A stretch of DNA of 64,000 nucleotides, from contig CAVUDP010000004.1 in the NCBI GenBank assembly GCA_963740315.1, positions 480,001 through 544,000 on the forward strand, given 5' to 3'. This document shows, one piece after another, positions 62,230 to 64,000 of the stretch. How positions within the stretch are numbered: the first letter of the stretch is position 1; the number at the start of each line of letters is the position of its first letter. The translations under genes were made by a program, and so were the position numbers. The notes under the pieces were generated by a model. It had not been told where the DNA came from, did not search any database, and saw only the letters and a list, made by a program, of their open reading frames with translations. Source of the stretch: an uncultured cyanobacterium. GTDB taxonomy: Bacteria > Cyanobacteriota > Cyanobacteriia > Cyanobacteriales > Nostocaceae.

Positions 62230-63813
62230 ATGCGAGTTTTATTAATTTATCCTTTATTTCCAAAAACTTTTTGGTCTTATGAAAAAATTTTAGAGTTGGT
62301 AAATAAAAAAGTTTTATTGCCACCTTTAGGTTTAGCGACTGTAGCCGCAATTTTACCCCAGGAATGGGAATTTAAATTAGTCGATCGCAATATTCGCTCT
62401 GTCACGGAAGCCGAATGGGAATGGGCAGATATGGTAATTTTATCTGCAATGATCGTGCAAAAAGAAGACTTATGCGACCAAATAAAAACTGCAAAACAAC
62501 ATGGTAAATTAGTTGCAGTTGGTGGTCCTTATCCAACTTCCGTACCCGCAGTAGCCCAAGAAGCTGGAGCAGATTTTCTCATCCTTGATGAAGGGGAAAT
62601 TACTTTACCAATGTTTGTCGAAGCGGTACAAGCTGGTAGAACAAGCGGTGTATTTCGCGCTACAGAAAAACCAGATGTGACTTCAACACCCATTCCTCGC
62701 TTCGACTTGTTGGAAAGAGATGCTTACGACATGATGTCGGTGCAATTTTCTCGCGGTTGTCCTTTTCAATGCGAATTCTGCGATATTATCGTACTTTACG
62801 GACGCAAACCCCGCACCAAAACCCCAGCGCAGCTGTTAGCTGAATTAGATTGTTTGTATGAATTGGGTTGGCGCAGGGGTGTGTTCATGGTGGATGATAA
62901 CTTTATCGGCAACAAACGCAACGTTAAGCTGTTGCTGCTTGAGTTAAAAGAATGGATGAAAGAACATGATTATCCATTCCGCTTTGATACCGAAGCCTCA
63001 ATTGATTTAGCAGAAGATCCAGAATTGATGGAATTGATGGTTGAGTGTGGTTTTGCTGCGGTATTTTTGGGGATTGAGACACCAGATGAAGATAGTTTGC
63101 AGCTAACAAAGAAGTTTCAAAATACCCGCAATTCCCTGGTTGAATCCGTAGAGTCTATTATTAAAGCGGGTTTGCGTCCGATGGCTGGCTTTATTATTGG
63201 TTTTGACGGCGAAAAATCTGGAGCAGGCGATCGCATTGTCCGTTTTGCCGAACAAGCAGCGATTCCTTCTACAACTTTCGCGATGTTGCAAGCGTTACCC
63301 AACACTGCATTATGGCATCGTTTAGAAAAAGAAGGCAGAATGCGCGAAGCTCAGGATGGAAACATTAACCAAACCACGTTAATGAATTTTATTCCGACTC
63401 GTCCGCTACAAGATATTGGCAGGGAATATATTGAAGCATTTTGTGCTTTATATGACCCGATAGCTTATTTAGATCGTACCTATCGCTGCTTTTTAATGAT
63501 GGGTAAACCAAGTTGGAAAGCACCTGGCAAAAAACCAGAATGGATTGTAGTGAAAGCACTTGCAACTGTTATTTGGCGACAAGGTATTAAACGCGAAACT
63601 CGCTGGAAATTCTGGCATCATTTATTCGGTATTCTCAAGCATAACCCCGCAGTCTTTGAACATTATTTATCAACCTGCGCCCACAACGAACATTTTCTGG
63701 AATATCGTCAAATTGTCCGCGAACAAATCGAATCTCAGCTTGCAGAATATTTAGCTCAAGGCGCAGAAAAGCCTTATGTACCTGTCAAGAAAGCTGAAGC
63801 TGTTAAAGTGTAA
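62230..63813 (+). CDS. B12-binding domain radical SAM protein (DUF4070 C-terminus)
   Basis: PPLGL, VGGPY, SRGCPFQCEFC (CxxxCxxC), VDDNF, FLGIE, FIIGFD. Confidence 0.92.
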   Translation: MRVLLIYPLFPKTFWSYEKILELVNKKVLLPPLGLATVAAILPQEWEFKLVDRNIRSVTEAEWEWADMVILSAMIVQKEDLCDQIKTAKQHGKLVAVGGPYPTSVPAVAQEAGADFLILDEGEITLPMFVEAVQAGRTSGVFRATEKPDVTSTPIPRFDLLERDAYDMMSVQFSRGCPFQCEFCDIIVLYGRKPRTKTPAQLLAELDCLYELGWRRGVFMVDDNFIGNKRNVKLLLLELKEWMKEHDYPFRFDTEASIDLAEDPELMELMVECGFAAVFLGIETPDEDSLQLTKKFQNTRNSLVESVESIIKAGLRPMAGFIIGFDGEKSGAGDRIVRFAEQAAIPSTTFAMLQALPNTALWHRLEKEGRMREAQDGNINQTTLMNFIPTRPLQDIGREYIEAFCALYDPIAYLDRTYRCFLMMGKPSWKAPGKKPEWIVVKALATVIWRQGIKRETRWKFWHHLFGILKHNPAVFEHYLSTCAHNEHFLEYRQIVREQIESQLAEYLAQGAEKPYVPVKKAEAVKV

Positions 63814-63834
63814 TAGTTAATTGAATGTTTGATA

Positions 63835-63882
63835 AAAAAAGATTGTAGAGGAGGTTTTAAAGCCATTTCTACAATTTTTTTA
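63835..63882 (+). terminator. Imperfect hairpin with T-tract after the radical SAM gene
   Basis: AAAAAAGATTGTAGAG...TTCTACAATTTTTTTT. Confidence 0.55.
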
Positions 63883-63914
63883 TGTTTTTATATATTTGAT
63901 TTAATTCAGTTTCC

Positions 63915-64000
63915 TTGGGATTGGCGATCGCACGTCAAATTGTCGAAGAAACCCACGCTGGTAAACTCAGTTGTAATTCAAACTTAGGGGAAGGAACTGA
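63915..64000 (+). pseudogene. Orphan fragment of a histidine-kinase HATPase C-terminus
   Basis: LGLAIARQIVEETHAGKLSCNSNLGEGT, similar to 61137-61220; in-frame TGA at 63897 and no upstream kinase sequence. Confidence 0.7.

Overview
AT-rich chromosome segment of a filamentous cyanobacterium, most likely Nostocales (inferred from frequent HIP1 GCGATCGC octamers, 7/8-mer STRR arrays, GTAG-type REP hairpins and gene content). Bases 1-24144 are one minus-strand surface-polysaccharide locus. It encodes Kdo synthesis (kdsA partial, kdsB, kdsD), a Wzm/Wzt ABC exporter, several glycosyltransferases, two MBOAT+SGNH acylation pairs, a GT39/GtrB/DedA triad and a large modular SGNH esterase. The rest is mostly housekeeping and signalling: two tRNA-Leu, an M48 peptidase, murA, TrmH, CIA30, HugZ, two PAS kinases, MoxR, ribF, surE, pheS, recQ, a Ser/Thr-AAA-GAF-His kinase and a B12 radical SAM. 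The top lead is a 64-aa, highly basic ORF (24685-24879, minus) with a KGKG motif whose intrinsic terminator lies inside the CDS, so its mRNA should end without a complete stop codon. That is the architecture of tmRNA-controlled ribosome-rescue factors (ArfA/BrfA); the function is inferred, not shown. Also notable: the M48 C-terminus overlaps a tRNA and its promoter, palindromic elements sit in frame inside a kinase, and a 74-bp tandem array lies inside a MITE-like element. Four single-base frameshifts may be assembly errors; one glycosyltransferase carries an in-frame TGA. Family assignments are from motif recognition only; no searches were run.
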